Shown here one piece after another: positions 1 to 15,052 of a stretch of 50,138 bases of DNA (its first letter is position 1; each line of letters starts with the position of its first letter). A program made the translations under genes and the position numbers. This DNA comes from Moniliella sp. 'wahieum' (taxonomy: Eukaryota): NCBI GenBank assembly GCA_003971905.1, contig RSEE01000128.1:124001-174138 (forward strand). Direction: 5' to 3'. Below the pieces are notes generated by a model. The model did not search any database and was not told where the DNA came from. It saw only the letters and a program-made list of their open reading frames with translations.

Positions 1-383
1 GATTGGGTCGACACGTCCGGCTCGTTGTAGGCGAGCACAGCGTGGGGCGGGATTGCGCAAACGTACTCTCACCTGCTTCCACGCCGCGTTTTGCTGGCGG
101 CCCAGCTGTGTAAAAAAGGGGGTCAGAACAAGAGGGGGGGGAGGGGAGAAGGAAGGAGGGTGCGTACCGCATGGGAATGAAACGGATGCCGCTGTCGCTC
201 AGCGACGACACGGCACCCATCTGCCAGTGGTGGTAGAGGTCAATGTTGGCATTGCCAGTCAACTGGTGGGCCCACTCGTTGTCGGCGGCCCAGGCAAGGC
301 CGAGAGGAAGGCATTGGCGGGGGAGGCGAGGAGGGCGAGCACTGCCAGCAGCGCTGCGAGGAGGGGGAGGAGGGAGTGCGCAT
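1..383 (-). CDS. Secreted GH128 (Asl1-like) beta-1,3-glucanase family protein, 5' part; runs off the window start
   Basis: Manual translation across frameshifts: signal peptide (LLAALLAVLALLASPANA), LGLAWAADNEW...LYHHWQMG...IRFIPMR, intron 106-167 (GTACGC...CTGAC...CAG), then VLAYNEPD, matching the GLAW / FxPMxW / NEPD motifs of GH128. Confidence 0.75.
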
Positions 384-2843
384 GGGGCAGGCGTGGATGG
401 CCGTCAGACCAAAGAGAATGTGGGGGGCGGGGTCGGGGATGAAGGGGAAGATGAAGATGGAGAGGGTGGGAGATGGGGCTACCGGTTCCCATCTTCGGAT
501 CTCAGGCCTCTGAGGCTGAGGCGTCACAATCAGAGCTTCCAGTGCCTCCACTCCGCCCTCAGGCATCATATCATCGATCATCGACATGGGGATCATCGAG
601 ATCATCTCGGGCATCCCCAGACACGCCGCGATGGGCATCCCAACGCACCGAGCCACGCAAGACCAGAGCGGCGGTTACGCTGAGGCACAGCAAGACACTG
701 CCGGGCGAACAATGGCCCCGAACTGCCGTTGGGCTGGGCCACAAGACAGGCCCGTGCGGTCCCCGCGCCACGAGCGATCCCGCGCGGGGGCAGTATGGCC
801 GCCTCGCGTGCCAGAGCGGCGGGGGGCGATCCTGATCAGCATGATCGATGATGCACGATGCATGATGCTCAGTGCCATGGAGGCGAAAACTGCCCCCCAC
901 TCGCCACTGTCCGAGCAACTGGCTTGCCCGCCGATCACACTGCCCGTCTGCCCGTCCGAACACCTGCACAGCTCGCCCATCTCCCATGCCACATGTGCCA
1001 TGTTCCTTTCGGCCCGCCTGGCGGTTGTGCGTGCTGTGCTGCCCCCACCGGGTGTGTATATTCTCCTCGATCTCCTCGCTTACGCTGGGCCGACCCCTTC
1101 GATTCGATCACCCATCCCGCCGTTCAGTACGTTCAGTAGGCTCGGTACGTTCAACGTTCTGTGTCTCAGCAGACCAGCTGAGTTGCTCACCAGTGCTCTT
1201 GTCACCGCAATTATGGCCGTAATGCATACTCGGTATCCGCGGTAACCGGTAACCGGTAATCGATAATCCAGAGACCCCTGAATACATGATGCACGATGCG
1301 TGATCGACTTGATCCCCATCCCAGCACTGCTTTGGGCGTGAACCTGTGCGGGTGCAGAGCAGACAGACAGAAGGTGTAAACGAATGGATGAAGAGAAGAA
1401 AGGGCAGAACCCGCCGGACTGGGAACGGAACCCGGGCGGAATCACCCAGGAGCCCGTGCCCATCCACACAGAACCATCCTTCTCGTCATGTTTGGGTGGT
1501 GGGTATCGAAGACCTTTACTTCCATACGTGCCTATACTCTTTGCCCATCCTCCATCTCCCGCACCCTCCAGAAAGCACATACTGGTATTGGCTGATTATT
1601 AGTGCCCGTGGGCACTTCCTCACCGTATGTATATGTTCAGTCCGTTCAACCGAATGGTGTGCTCACGCACCTCCACCATCACTGCAGTACAGATAAATAT
1701 TGGTCTACGTTCTCTCAGCCACTCTATTGGGATAGCAGAACTGAATAAAGCTGGTGGTTCAAAGAAAAGTGTGTTTGGGCCTAGAGAGGAAATTGGAGGA
1801 ACGAATCAGAGAAAGTGGCCCTAGGTCACCAGAAGCCGGAGTGAGCTGTGGGTTCAATCCGGCGGTCGGAACCAGACGCTGTTCTCTGATCTCGGTGCGT
1901 ACTCAGTACTGATCCAGCAGGCCAGAAGTACCCTTTTTGGGAGCTTTCAACTCACCTATATCTGACGTTAAACTATGTTTTGTTCTGCTACAAATAGACG
2001 GTGTAGTACTGATATACCCCATTGCATTGCATGTTGACGTGGTACTGCAAACTCAATTGAACGTTGACGGTGAGGCCTGGAAGATGCGGCCAAACCAGGC
2101 CTCTTTTTCTGCATTGTGCCGCCTTCGGTGTGTGTAAAGTCTCCTCGGTCTGGTGCTCGCAAAACACGACAGTCAGAGGGTGAGAACATCACAATTTCCC
2201 ACTTCCGTTGGCTCGCTTTTCTCAAGACTCAGGGGGGTTATCGTTTTATAAAGCTTCCCCTTGGCAGGAAAACGATGAGATGGGGGTTAGGGTTACGAGG
2301 CAGTGGGGACCTGCGATGATGCAAAAGAGATCAAGATGAGAGGAATGCATATATTTTCTGGCACGCCTGCGTTTGGCTTTGCTAAGGCGAATTGTGGGGC
2401 GCAGAGTCTTACAGCGTATTCCCTGTGAGGGGGGCCCGATTGCACGTCACGTTGTGGGCGGTCGGAGTTGCACATCGCAGTGGAACTCACAAGGGGCGAT
2501 GGCAGTTGTGTGGTGAGAGAACGTGACCGGGGGAGGGTGCACCCGTTGGGCAGTGGTTGGAATTGGAGGGGCGGGCACAGCGGAAGATTACGTACGCAGC
2601 AACAGTCCATCCAATGGCGCCTGCATCGCTGCAACTCGAGAGACTGGGGGTGCAGGAGGGAGCGGGGTAACCCTAACCTGGATAATTCACTTATGCTCCC
2701 ACGGGGACAGTATCCTGTGGGTAATGCGCCGCAGTCGTCCAACCCTACGTTTGAACCCCTCGGGGTCGCTCCTCTGCCCATGTCCTGGCGCTTGCTCGCG
2801 ACCCCGACCGTCACCCTCAAGTTCCACTAGAGCAGAACAACTC

Positions 2844-2924
2844 GTACGTTGTCCCTCCCTCAGGAACATGCCCGCCCGCATCGGCTCAAGGAGACAACAG
2901 CAGCTGATCCTTTTGCCTGTCCAG
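2844..2924 (+). other. 5'UTR intron of RPL11
   Basis: GTACGT donor at 2844, CTGAT branch-like site, pyrimidine tract and CAG at 2922-2924, 11 nt before the ATG at 2936. Confidence 0.65.
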
Positions 2925-2935
2925 GTTTTTTCACC

Positions 2936-3448
2936 ATGTCGACGACCAACCCGATGAAGGACCTGAAGATTGACAAGCTTGTCATCAACTGCTCGGTGGG
3001 TGCGTCGGGGGACCCGCTGACGCGTGCGTGCAAGGTGCTGGAACAGTTGACGGGCCAGACACCCGTGACGTCCAAGGCGCGCTACACGCTGCGTGGGTTT
3101 GGCATTCGTCGCGTAACGAGAAGATTGCGGCGCATGTGACGGTGCGTGGGCCGAAGGCGGAGGAGATCTTGGAGCGCGGCCTCAAGGTCAAGGAGTACGA
3201 GCTGTCGCGTCGCAACTTTTCCGAAACGGGCAACTTTGGGTTTGGCATCAACGAGCACATTGACCCTCGGCATCAAGTACGACCCTTCCATTGGCATTTT
3301 CGGCCTGGACTTTTTCTGCGTCATTACCCGGCCCGCGTGCGCGTGGCCCGGCGCAAGCAGAAGACCGCTCGCGTTGGCTACACCCACCGCGTCAAGAAGG
3401 AGGAGACCGCCGCCTGGTTCCGCCAGCGCTTGAGGGTATCACAACTAA
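2936..3448 (+). CDS. RPL11: 60S ribosomal protein L11 (uL5), frameshifted in this assembly
   Basis: [25 protein letters not shown]...[13 protein letters not shown] / [30 protein letters not shown]...[12 protein letters not shown] / [16 protein letters not shown]. The stop position is inferred. Confidence 0.96.
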
Positions 3449-6400
3449 CTTGCCCTGCATTGCCTCCCCACCCCCTAACCCCTTCGCCTCCCCCCAAAAA
3501 ATTCTTGAATGAGCCGGCCTGGATCCCTGGTCTGACCTGGGTCGACTGGGCCTGACTTGTGATCCGTGTCCGCTCAGTGCACCTCCGGCCTGCTAGGGCT
3601 TGTTAACTGCATGCCATGCCACACACCGGCTTGTAGTGATCCTCAGCTATGTCATAGGAGTGGTCATTTTCGCTGGTTGCCGCGGCGTATGGACTGACAC
3701 TGGGCCGCCTTAATAAAGCGATGGGAGTGCGTCACCTATCTGCCTGTCGACCAAAAGAAGAGACTTCATGTGTCCTTGCATCATGCATGGGGGCGGGGGT
3801 TACTAGCTTTACTCCCCGCCCCGCTCCGGAGGTCGAGATGGGTACAGCGGAGGATGCCAGTCCAACTCGTCGCACATAGTAATCCTCTCACCCTCGCCCA
3901 GATCAATACAATGGACCGACCGTACCGCGCAAGCCAGGTACGACACCTGACGGATGCGCTTCCACGCCCACTGCGTACTCTTCCTCCATCGTCACATTCG
4001 ATACCACCCACACTTGCGGTTCCGCTAGATGGGAGCAACACTTTTTCACCAGGACAGGGGAGTAACTGGAACAGGAGGGAAAGAAACAGGGTGTCAGCAT
4101 GAAAACACGGGGCGTGCGGTGGGTTGCGTGAGACGTGAAGGGGCGCGACGGAGCTGTACATGGCATGAAACATAGTGTCATATCGACTTGGGACGTGGCC
4201 GAGAGACCGTCCGTCAAGAGGGATAGTTACCACGGTTGTATGGTGCACCCCATGAAAACCACATTGGGGGTCTCATATGCTACCTCTGAGCTCAACCATG
4301 ATGCCATGCTTTCCGTCTCTTACGCACGCCTTCTACCTCCCGTGCTTCCCCACCAGTAGCCCCTCGAGCTCTCTCCCCGATTGCCCCCTCCGCATGCACA
4401 TGGATCAGTGCTGCCATTGGACCTGTCAACCCGGCACACGGAGTCCTGTTGTTTGACACGGATGTCACCACGAACCCAAGGGGCGAAGGCAGAGGATTCT
4501 AGCTGCAACATTATGCTCGATGTTCACCCGTCTGAGTCGATGAAGGAGGTTAAGCTTGCTGTGGTTACGGACGGTCAAGACGTCGAGCCTCACTATGGAG
4601 AAGGAGGTTCAGTGAGGACGGTGAGGCCATTAGAGAATGCTGGGTCCCTCTGTACCAGCCCCCTTCACAAGTCTCAATCGGAATCCCATATTATACCCAT
4701 TTCCCTACCGTGGGTGAACGTGCCCCAAACTGGATCTACGAAAGAGGATTTGATACCATTTCCTCGCCGCGTGGTGTATTCGAGAAGTAAGATCGCAGCG
4801 GATGCATTGCAGAGGGGGGGGCTTACGATAGTACCTGGCCTCATTCCCAGCCTTGATGACAGGAAAACGAACATTAATGCCATTTCTTGCTGCATGCGAA
4901 TGGGATCGATTGCAATAACGAGAAACTTCTTTTCAGAGAAGAGCATACCGCTTTTGGAGGCTTGAAGATTGGCAGTGATGGCACCTATAGTATATGCACG
5001 CTCTCACGCAATTTTGTGCTCAAACCAATTCGCCATCAGAGACGGGAATGATGGGCAAAGATGGTTGATGGTTTCTCTCTGCCGCTCTCTGTTGCGCATC
5101 ATACGGCCAAGAGGATGTATCTGGATCATGAGGAAGGGTATACCTCTTGGGCTGTATCTTTCTCAACAATACAAAACGGAGGAAGTAGGAGTTTGATTGG
5201 GCCTGGATAGGAGGAAGCGACAGGGCCGAGTTGGACAGAAGATGCACACGAGATGATTGTAGCATAGTTCAGTCCTCTCCTACCGTGGAGCCACGTTGCA
5301 CAGCTCGTAACAAGCATATAGGTGTTATACATGTTACCGTCAGAAGGGAGCATAAACGTTAACCGTTAAACGGTCACAAGTAGTAAAAGCCACGTGTCTT
5401 AGCAGGCCTTGACGCCTTTGCTGTTAGGGGTGCAGGCATGGGTCTCCCAGGGTCTCCCTCACTCACCCTCCTCGTGGAGGCAAAACAGGTGAATGTGGCC
5501 TGGGTGTGGAGAGCGGGCCGAGTGCCAGTAGTGCTGAGCGGCTCAGAAGGGGCCGATATGTTGGATGGAGGCCCTGAGGCCCTGAAGCCTGAAGGGGCTG
5601 AGGCCTGAAAGGGGGGAGGCTGCCTTTGGCCTGAGGACTGGGGTACTGAGAGGAGTGTGGCGCAAGCGTCTGTTTCTGCCATGGTGGACGGTGTGCCTGT
5701 GGGCTGCTGTGGCGCGACAGTCAGCGCCATTGCGCTTTGGAAATGTTCAAGCCGAGACCACTGCTGTTTCGCGCCATCGCGTGATATGAGCCAGGGCAGG
5801 CCATGGCACTGCCTGGGCTGTCGACCACGGCGCGGCCCAAGCGCCGCGAGACGGTCGCGCTCTTTCGAAGTGAGACGAGCTGATGGGTCGGTTGGCTTGT
5901 AGGGGGCCGAAGGACGGGGGGTAGAGGGGCGTTGGAGCTTGGGCAAGAAAAGCAAGTTTACGTTTCCTCTGGGCCTTTTCCTCAACTCTCCTAGCTTGCC
6001 TCCCAACAGACAGCTTTTCTGTGCCGCATTTGAATCCGGAGGGGGGCAGAAATATGCCCCTGGGGACAGGCTGAGTACGGAGTATGGACAGTGGATGGGG
6101 GTGCAGTGTGCTGTGCTGGCCAGTGCGGGCGCGCTTAAAGTACCGCGTCGAGTTCAGCAGCGCTCAGCGGTCGACGGGCGTCCCAGCCACTGGGGCAGTG
6201 TGTGTGTGCGTCGCAGCACGGTGCTGAGCGCTGAGCGGCGGCTATCGCGGCACTGGGACACTGCCGCTGTGCCTGGCGTGCACGGGGCTGCCCTCGGAGG
6301 GATATTGCTGTGCCTGGGTGATGGGGAGGGCACTGTGCACGAGCGGAGGGTGAGCACATGCATGTGTCACCTGAGTCTGAGTCTGAATGTCTGAATCTGC

Positions 6401-6710
6401 GTCTGAGTCTGACGCTGCGCCTAAACAGGCAGGTCACGCATGCGGGTGGCAATGCAGCGCTGCCCATTCGCATTCGCATCCTCCTCGGCCAACACACTTG
6501 CCCCCCGCCCACGCCCACTCGTAGCCACGCGCCCAGTCTGTCCCACTCCTGCCCGTGCCGGCCTGCTCCGGGGCCACCCCGCCCCCACACTCGCCCCATG
6601 CTCCCCGTCCCCCCCCCGGCCTGCATACTCCACTTGGCTCTTGCCGCCTGCTCAGTCTCCACCCTTGCACCGTCCCCACCACTCGCACCCGCACCCCCAC
6701 CCCCTCCACC

Positions 6711-8899
6711 ATGCAGCCCTTCTTCGGACCCAACAGCGCCCTCCGCTACCCTCCGCCCCTCCTCGACCCCCCCCTCCCCCCCCCCGCCACTCCAGCATGG
6801 CAACCGACGTCGAGCGCGCCACCGACAGCACCCTCCACATGTCCCTCTCCGACGACACCCCCACCACCAAGGCCTCCTCCTTGCTCGCCCTCCCCTTCCT
6901 GCCCGCCCACCTCTCCTCTCCCCCTGCAGCGCCGCCCCCCCCTCGTGACTGCCACCTCGGCCACTGCCACCACCATCCATCCTCTCTCCCCAGCCCCCGC
7001 ACGCCCTCCCTCGGCCTCTGGCCCGACTCGACCCTGTCCGACCTCGACTCGGCCCTGCTCCTGCCCGACTTTGGCCTCGACCCTCCCTCGGCCGAGTTCC
7101 CCAGCCCCCATCCCTCCCCCCCGACTCGACCACGGACCTCGATTCGGACGAGCTCGAGCAGCTCTCGCCCTCCCCCTTTGCGCCTGCCGCCGACACCACC
7201 CGGCCCATTGCCGTGCCGGCCCCGGCTCTGTCCCACCTCCCTGCCCATCCGCCCTCTGCACCGCACCGCTCATGTCGCCCGAGGCAGGAGAACGTTCGGT
7301 CTCGGACGACGGGCCTTGCTCTTTTACTTCTCTGCCCCCGCAGGCGCTCGAGCAGCGACCGTCCCGCTCTCACCTTTCCACCCAACCTGCTTCTCATCTG
7401 CCGTCTGGGGTTCACATCCACAAGCCTCATTTCCTCCCCACCCTTCCTCTCTGGCCGGTGCGTTTGGCAGCCCCGTATCTGTCCCGTCTATGAGCTCGGT
7501 GCCGTCGGGCCTGTCTGCCTCGCCGGTCCTGTCGGGTGTGTCGCTGTCGCCGACGTTGGGTCTGTCTCCGCCCGAGCACGTGCTGGCATTTGCTTCGCTC
7601 CCGCAGTGGGTGTCCGACGGACGGTCTGCCATGGCTGCCGCCCCATTTTCCCACCGTCCAATGCCGATGCGAGAACAAGCCTACAGCGATAGCCTGGGCT
7701 CGTCCCTGAACGGCATGTCGTCTCCTAGGCCTGCGCTGGCCTTTGCTCGTCCCCCCCTGCGCGCCGCACCGACCAGCGCACCCTCTGGTCTGTCTATGGC
7801 ATTCAACCCGTCTTGCAGTGCCGCCGCTCCGCTGCCTGCTGCATCCGTGACCACCAGTCTGTCCTCCACTGCCACCCCGGCCTACCCGACGTCCCCGACC
7901 GCCTTCTCCTTGTCTGCCTTGTACGCCTCGGGTCTACCTTCGGCGCTCGAGGCCAACCCCCACCGGCGTTTGTGCCTGAATCCGTTGCGCCCCAGACGCT
8001 CAAGTACGACCGGTCGTCACGCGAGGGCGAGGGCGAAGCGTCCGCGTCGCTCTTGGCCCGCCTCGAGTCGGACCAGGCATCGGCTTTGGCCGCACTGGCT
8101 CCGTCCTTGTCCTTGTCCTTATCGTCGTCCTTGTCGTCCCCGTCGCTCGGCTCGTCGGCTCTCAGTTCAACAAGCGCAGCCAGCCCTGTCTTGCCCGCCC
8201 TCCCGCCCCCCTGTACCGCTGCCCCCGAACACACGGTGGGCACATCCTTCCCTGCCGCCCGCTCGCCCGTGTCCTACCCGCCCACCTCGGCCTCTTCGAC
8301 CGTACCTTCGACCGTGCCTTCGACGTTGCCGTTGACTTTGACTTCGACGTTGACGTTGACGGAGCCGGGGGCGGCGAGGGCAGCGCCGAGGGCAGAACCC
8401 ATGGCGCGTTCGCTGCCTGCGCTGCCTTCGCCGTCGCACTTTGGACCGAGTACGAGTCGTCGTCGGCGGGTCGAAGTGGACCCTGTGACGGGGATCATTA
8501 CGCGGCCGACGCGCGGGCGGGCAGTGCCGACCGACGTGGAAGAGATGGCGTATCTGGGCAAGCTGGGCAAGGGCGGGCGGGTATGGGCATGCGAGGTGAG
8601 CGGGTGCAACAAGCTGTTCCGTCGATCGGAACATTTGAATCGTCATTTACGCTCCATTCACTCGGATGCCCGTCCGTTCCTTGCCCTTTGCCGGTTGCGA
8701 CAAGTTCTTCTCCCGCCGCGATAACTTGCACCAACACACAACGTGTTCATACCCTCGACAAGGACGCCCGTCGCCGTCGCGCCTCCCTCGCGCGCGAGCC
8801 GCACCACCTGCCTGCCCTGCCGGATGCGTAGCTTGCCCTGGAACTGGACCTGGAGCTGAAGCTGGACCTGGAGTGGAGCTTGGCCTGGGCTCGATCTAA
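6711..8899 (+). CDS. Msn2/Seb1-like C2H2 zinc-finger transcription factor with long Ser/Pro-rich N-terminus
   Basis: Two C-terminal fingers: CEVSGCNKLFRRSEHLNRHLRSIH and (after frameshift) PFAGCDKFFSRRDNLHQH, resembling the FRRxEHLKRH / FSRxDNL fingers of Msn2-type factors. Start and stop are uncertain. Confidence 0.8.
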
Positions 8900-10159
8900 C
8901 CCTCTTCTCTCCTCTCCTCTCCTTTCTTTTCTTTTCTTTTCGTCTCGTTTCTCCACTTGATATAGTTGACGTTGCGTTGTTTGGCTTTGTATTTCAACTG
9001 GTTGAGGTTCCCTGTCGATTCGTCCCTCCCTCTGCTGTTTTGTTTGCCGGGCCCGCCATGGCAGCGCGGACCTGTCCCCCCTGCCCACCCTGTTGCTCTG
9101 CCTATGTTTTGTTCCTTGCAGACAGGCGGTGGGCAGGTCCGTGGCCTGTGCCTAGGGCCCTCCCCTTGCTCGCCCAATGTGTATTCCCTTTCCCTCTGCG
9201 TCTTCTCCGCTCTTGCTCTTGCTATTGCTCGCGCGCTCGGGCTTACCGCCTAGCGCGTTTTACGACATTTTTTTCCCGATTGGTCTCCCTTCTCTTTCTC
9301 CCATACGACTCGCTTTGGTTCTCTCTCTCTCTCCGTCTCTCTCTCTCTACTCCCCTGGCTGCGTTCGAACAGGCCGGTAGGCTTCATCTGTGTCGATACT
9401 CTATACTCGTGTCTCATGTCTCGTGCCTCGTCGTGCCCACGCGGTGACTTTTGATCGTACGGGCTGGGCAAGGACTGTAAGGCATTCATTCCATATGCCT
9501 TTGAACTTGAAGTTAGGCTGAAGCGTCAGCTTGCCTCTCCACTCTTTAGTTGGGCATGGAGCGGGTACGCTGGAAGCGCTAAGCGTGCGCTTGGCGCGTT
9601 ACTTTGCATGGTTAAGCGGTTGCAACCCCGACGAACCCGACCTGAACGGCTCAGCACTACTTGCAACCGACGGATGGACTGTCCATGTCAGCGCATCCGA
9701 TCTCCGAGGCCAGCACCGAGGCACGGAGAAAGCCCCGTGGGGGGGGGGGGGGGGCAAGGCAGGGTTGTGAGTGAGGCAGACCAGATAGCGAGCCGGATGG
9801 GGCAGGTGGGGGGGGGTGAGTACTCAGGTACTGAGTACTGCCGGAGCGCACCACACCAGACGGCGCGGGCGGGCGTGGGGCGAGACTGGGACGAAGCCGG
9901 CCTGCTGCCGTGTGCCGATTGTCGATTGTCGATTGTCGAGGCGGCGGCAGGGGCGCGTAGGGCCAACCCTAGCGAGCCACTGCCCCCGTGCGGAGGGGAC
10001 GCTTGCTTAATTGATTGGTGATGGGTGATTGGTGATCAAGCGATTCCTGATTCCTGATTTGCCGGGCGGAGAAGTCTGGATGGAGACAATGGTTGAGCAG
10101 GCGCCTATTTAGCCCAAGGCCTGCCCCCCCGCCCTGCCCGCCGCCTCCTCCCCTGCTCC

Positions 10160-11710
10160 ATGTCGTTCCTGCAGTGCCTCACCGACGCGCTCCCGGGCCT
10201 CTTCGCCCCCACGCGCCTCACCGTCGAGGCTGCCCAGCAGCACGCCGCCTCCGCCTCCGCCTCTGCCTCCGACGCGCCGACGCCCCCCGCCCGCCTACCC
10301 CGGCCGCTCGCCCACGCTCCCCCCCGCGCCGCGCACGGCGTATGTGCTGCCCGACATGGACCCCAAGCGCGCCGAGCAGCTCCAGCAGCTCTCCCACGCC
10401 ATCGAGGCCCACATCGACGCCCTCTCGCCCGACCTGCGCCGGCTGTCGATGAGCATGTGGCACCACCCCGAGCTGCAGTGGCAGGAGGTCCGCACCCACG
10501 ACCTCTTTGCCGGGTACTTTGAGACCCACCTCGCCCCCGAGGGCTGGTCTACCACCCGCCACGCCTACGGCCTGCCCACCGCGTTTGAGTGCACTTTTGA
10601 GTTTGTGCCGCCGGGCCACACGGGCCCCGTGCGCTGCATCGGCTTCCAGTCGGAGCTCGACGCTTTGCCCGGCATTGGCCAGGGGTGCGGGCACAACTTG
10701 ATTGCCATCTCGGGCGTCGCGGCCGCCGTCAGCCTCGCGCGCGCGTGCAAGGAGCACAATGTGCCCGTCAAGGTCGTTCTGCTGGGCACGCCGGCAGAAG
10801 AAGGCGGCGGAGGTAGATCAACTTGGTCGAGGCCGGTGCGTACGACCAAATGCACGTCTGCCTCATGTGCCATCCCGCGCTGATGAATACCGTCACGCCC
10901 ATGCTGGCGGTGCAGGCGGTGACGGTGCACTTTAAGGGCAAGACATCGCATGCCGGCGCGGCGCCCTGGCAGGGCATCAATGCCCTCGACGCTGCCGTGC
11001 TCGCCTACACCAACATCTCTGCCATGCGCCAGCAGCTGCCGCCCACCGCACGCGTACACGGTATCATCGAAGGACACAACATGGCCCCCAACGTCATCCC
11101 CGACGACGTCCAGATGCGCTACAACGTCCGCGGTCCCACCGCCCAGGACGTCAAGGCCAACTGGCCAAGGTCCTGCCCTGCTTTGAAGCGGCCGCCAAAG
11201 CGACCGGCTGTGCTTACAAGATCGATATGGTGCGTCCCCCTTGTTCTTCCCTTCCCTGCCCTGCCCTGCTCTGCCTCTCTTCGTCCCTCCCTTGGCGGCC
11301 AGCTCACCGCGCCGGATCCCCCGCGAGACTGACACCACGACACGCAGATGCCAATGTACTACGATGTGTGGCAATGCCCTGGTCTGCGGGAGACGTACGA
11401 GGCGTTCATGGGCACGCGGTACGGCGCTACGTTTACCGAGGCGCCCTTTACCGCCTCGACCGACTTTGGCAATGTGACCTACGCCTTGCCTGCGCCCACC
11501 CGCTACGAAATCGACGTGGGCGACCACCCGGAAGAAAAGGGCAACCATACCATTGGCTTTACCAACGCTGCCAAAACCATCCAGGCCCACCAGCGCACGC
11601 TCGAAGTCTGCGTCGGCCTGGCTACACTCGCTGCTAAAGTCGTCGTCGACCCAGACTTTTACCACCACGTCCACCAGGTATGGGAAGAGGAGATGCAAAC
11701 CCGCATGTAA
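10160..11710 (+). CDS. Peptidase M20 family amidohydrolase (PM20D2/ACY1L2-like); intron 11230-11347
   Basis: Motifs HPELQWQE, ELDALPGIGQGCGHNLIA, LGTPAEEGGGG, SHAGAAPWQGINALDA, PNVIPD, STDFGNV, NHTIGF. Confidence 0.93.
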
Positions 11711-12311
11711 CTCCCGTACCGTTACCGTTACCGTTGGCGTTGCCCAGCGCCGGGCGCATGCGCTGTGATATGGGACATGGAATATGGCAACGCGCGCGAC
11801 GATGCGAGGATGGCCTCCGTGGGGTACCGGCCGCGCCCACGTCGCGCCGGATCCAGCCCTGGCATACCAGCGTAGCTGGGTGCGGTAGTGTCGAGGCGAT
11901 GGTGCTTCTATTAACAGGATTGCTCCGCCCTCTTTGGACTGGAGGAGGATGATCAATGAGAGACGGGTGGCTGCACCGACGGGATTGACACACTATGGCA
12001 CGCTGATGCGCGGATCGTAGATCATGTATCATGGGCCAAGCAGACTGGATCTCACTCCAGAGGCAGAGATCCGTACAGATGGCAAACAGAGGTACGGATG
12101 GCAAACAAACAGAGGTCGTCCCGGGGAAAAATTGGGTTTTTGGCTATAGCAGAGGGAGGGAGTGGGGCGTACACATGAGGCCCTCCCCCAAGGGAAATAA
12201 GGCGGGAAGGGGGAACAAGACAACGAGAAAAGCGACAGGCGACAGGCGATAGACAAAACAAAAGGCAAAAAGGGGGCGCGTACGCCCGTATCCCTTATCC
12301 GCGTGGGTAGC

Positions 12312-14439
<2,128 letters not shown>

Positions 14440-15052
14440 TGCTGGGTCGATGGCGTGTTGGGGTGATGTTGGTGTTGGTGTTGGGGCGGCCAACCGAAAA
14501 AAAGAGACGCCGCCCGAGGCTCACGTCGGGAGGGTGCTGCGGCGGGTCCGACTAGGGTTCGTGCGTTGGCGGGGGCCCGTGCGCGCGAGCGGTCCTGCGC
14601 CTGCGCCTACCCCAGCCGCACCACCCACCCGCCGTTCGCTTCGTGCGTCTACCGCGCTCCGCCCCGCCTTTCCTTCCGTCCGAATCGTCCGTGTCGTCTA
14701 GCAGAGACAGCCGCACCTCGGTCAAGAAATGGTATGCATTCGCGAGAGAGCAAAAGCCGCAACGCCTGCATGGTGAAAACAAACGGCGAGAGGCACTTGA
14801 TGTATCCCAATCGTATAATGTAGATTGCGGACCGAGCGAGTGGGAGGGCAAGAGGGAACAAGCTAGGCAGGCAAGTGAGAGGCGAAATCCATGAGAGAAA
14901 CAAGAAAAGGAAAAAAGGGGCTCGCGGGCAGGATCAAAAGACGGGCACCAGAACCCCAAACCAACAAGACGACCGGCATCTCTCAGTGGGTAAAAATATA
15001 GACGCCCCAGTCACTGTCCATTATATCGTCTCCCCATCTCCCTCGTGGAGAG

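Noticed and set aside
2936..3448. RPL11 as an intronless retrocopy or pseudogene
   Set aside because: A plausible 5'UTR intron and promoter motifs are present, and the indels match the window-wide error pattern.
6135..7430. 431-aa minus-strand Gly/Arg-rich ORF and similar long antisense ORFs (10565-11956, 12303-13259, 25066-26223)
   Set aside because: Shadow frames of GC-rich genes on the opposite strand.
10660..10700. M20 GQGCGHN instead of GHACGHN as loss of function
   Set aside because: The Cys-x-His ligands and the AEE motif are retained.
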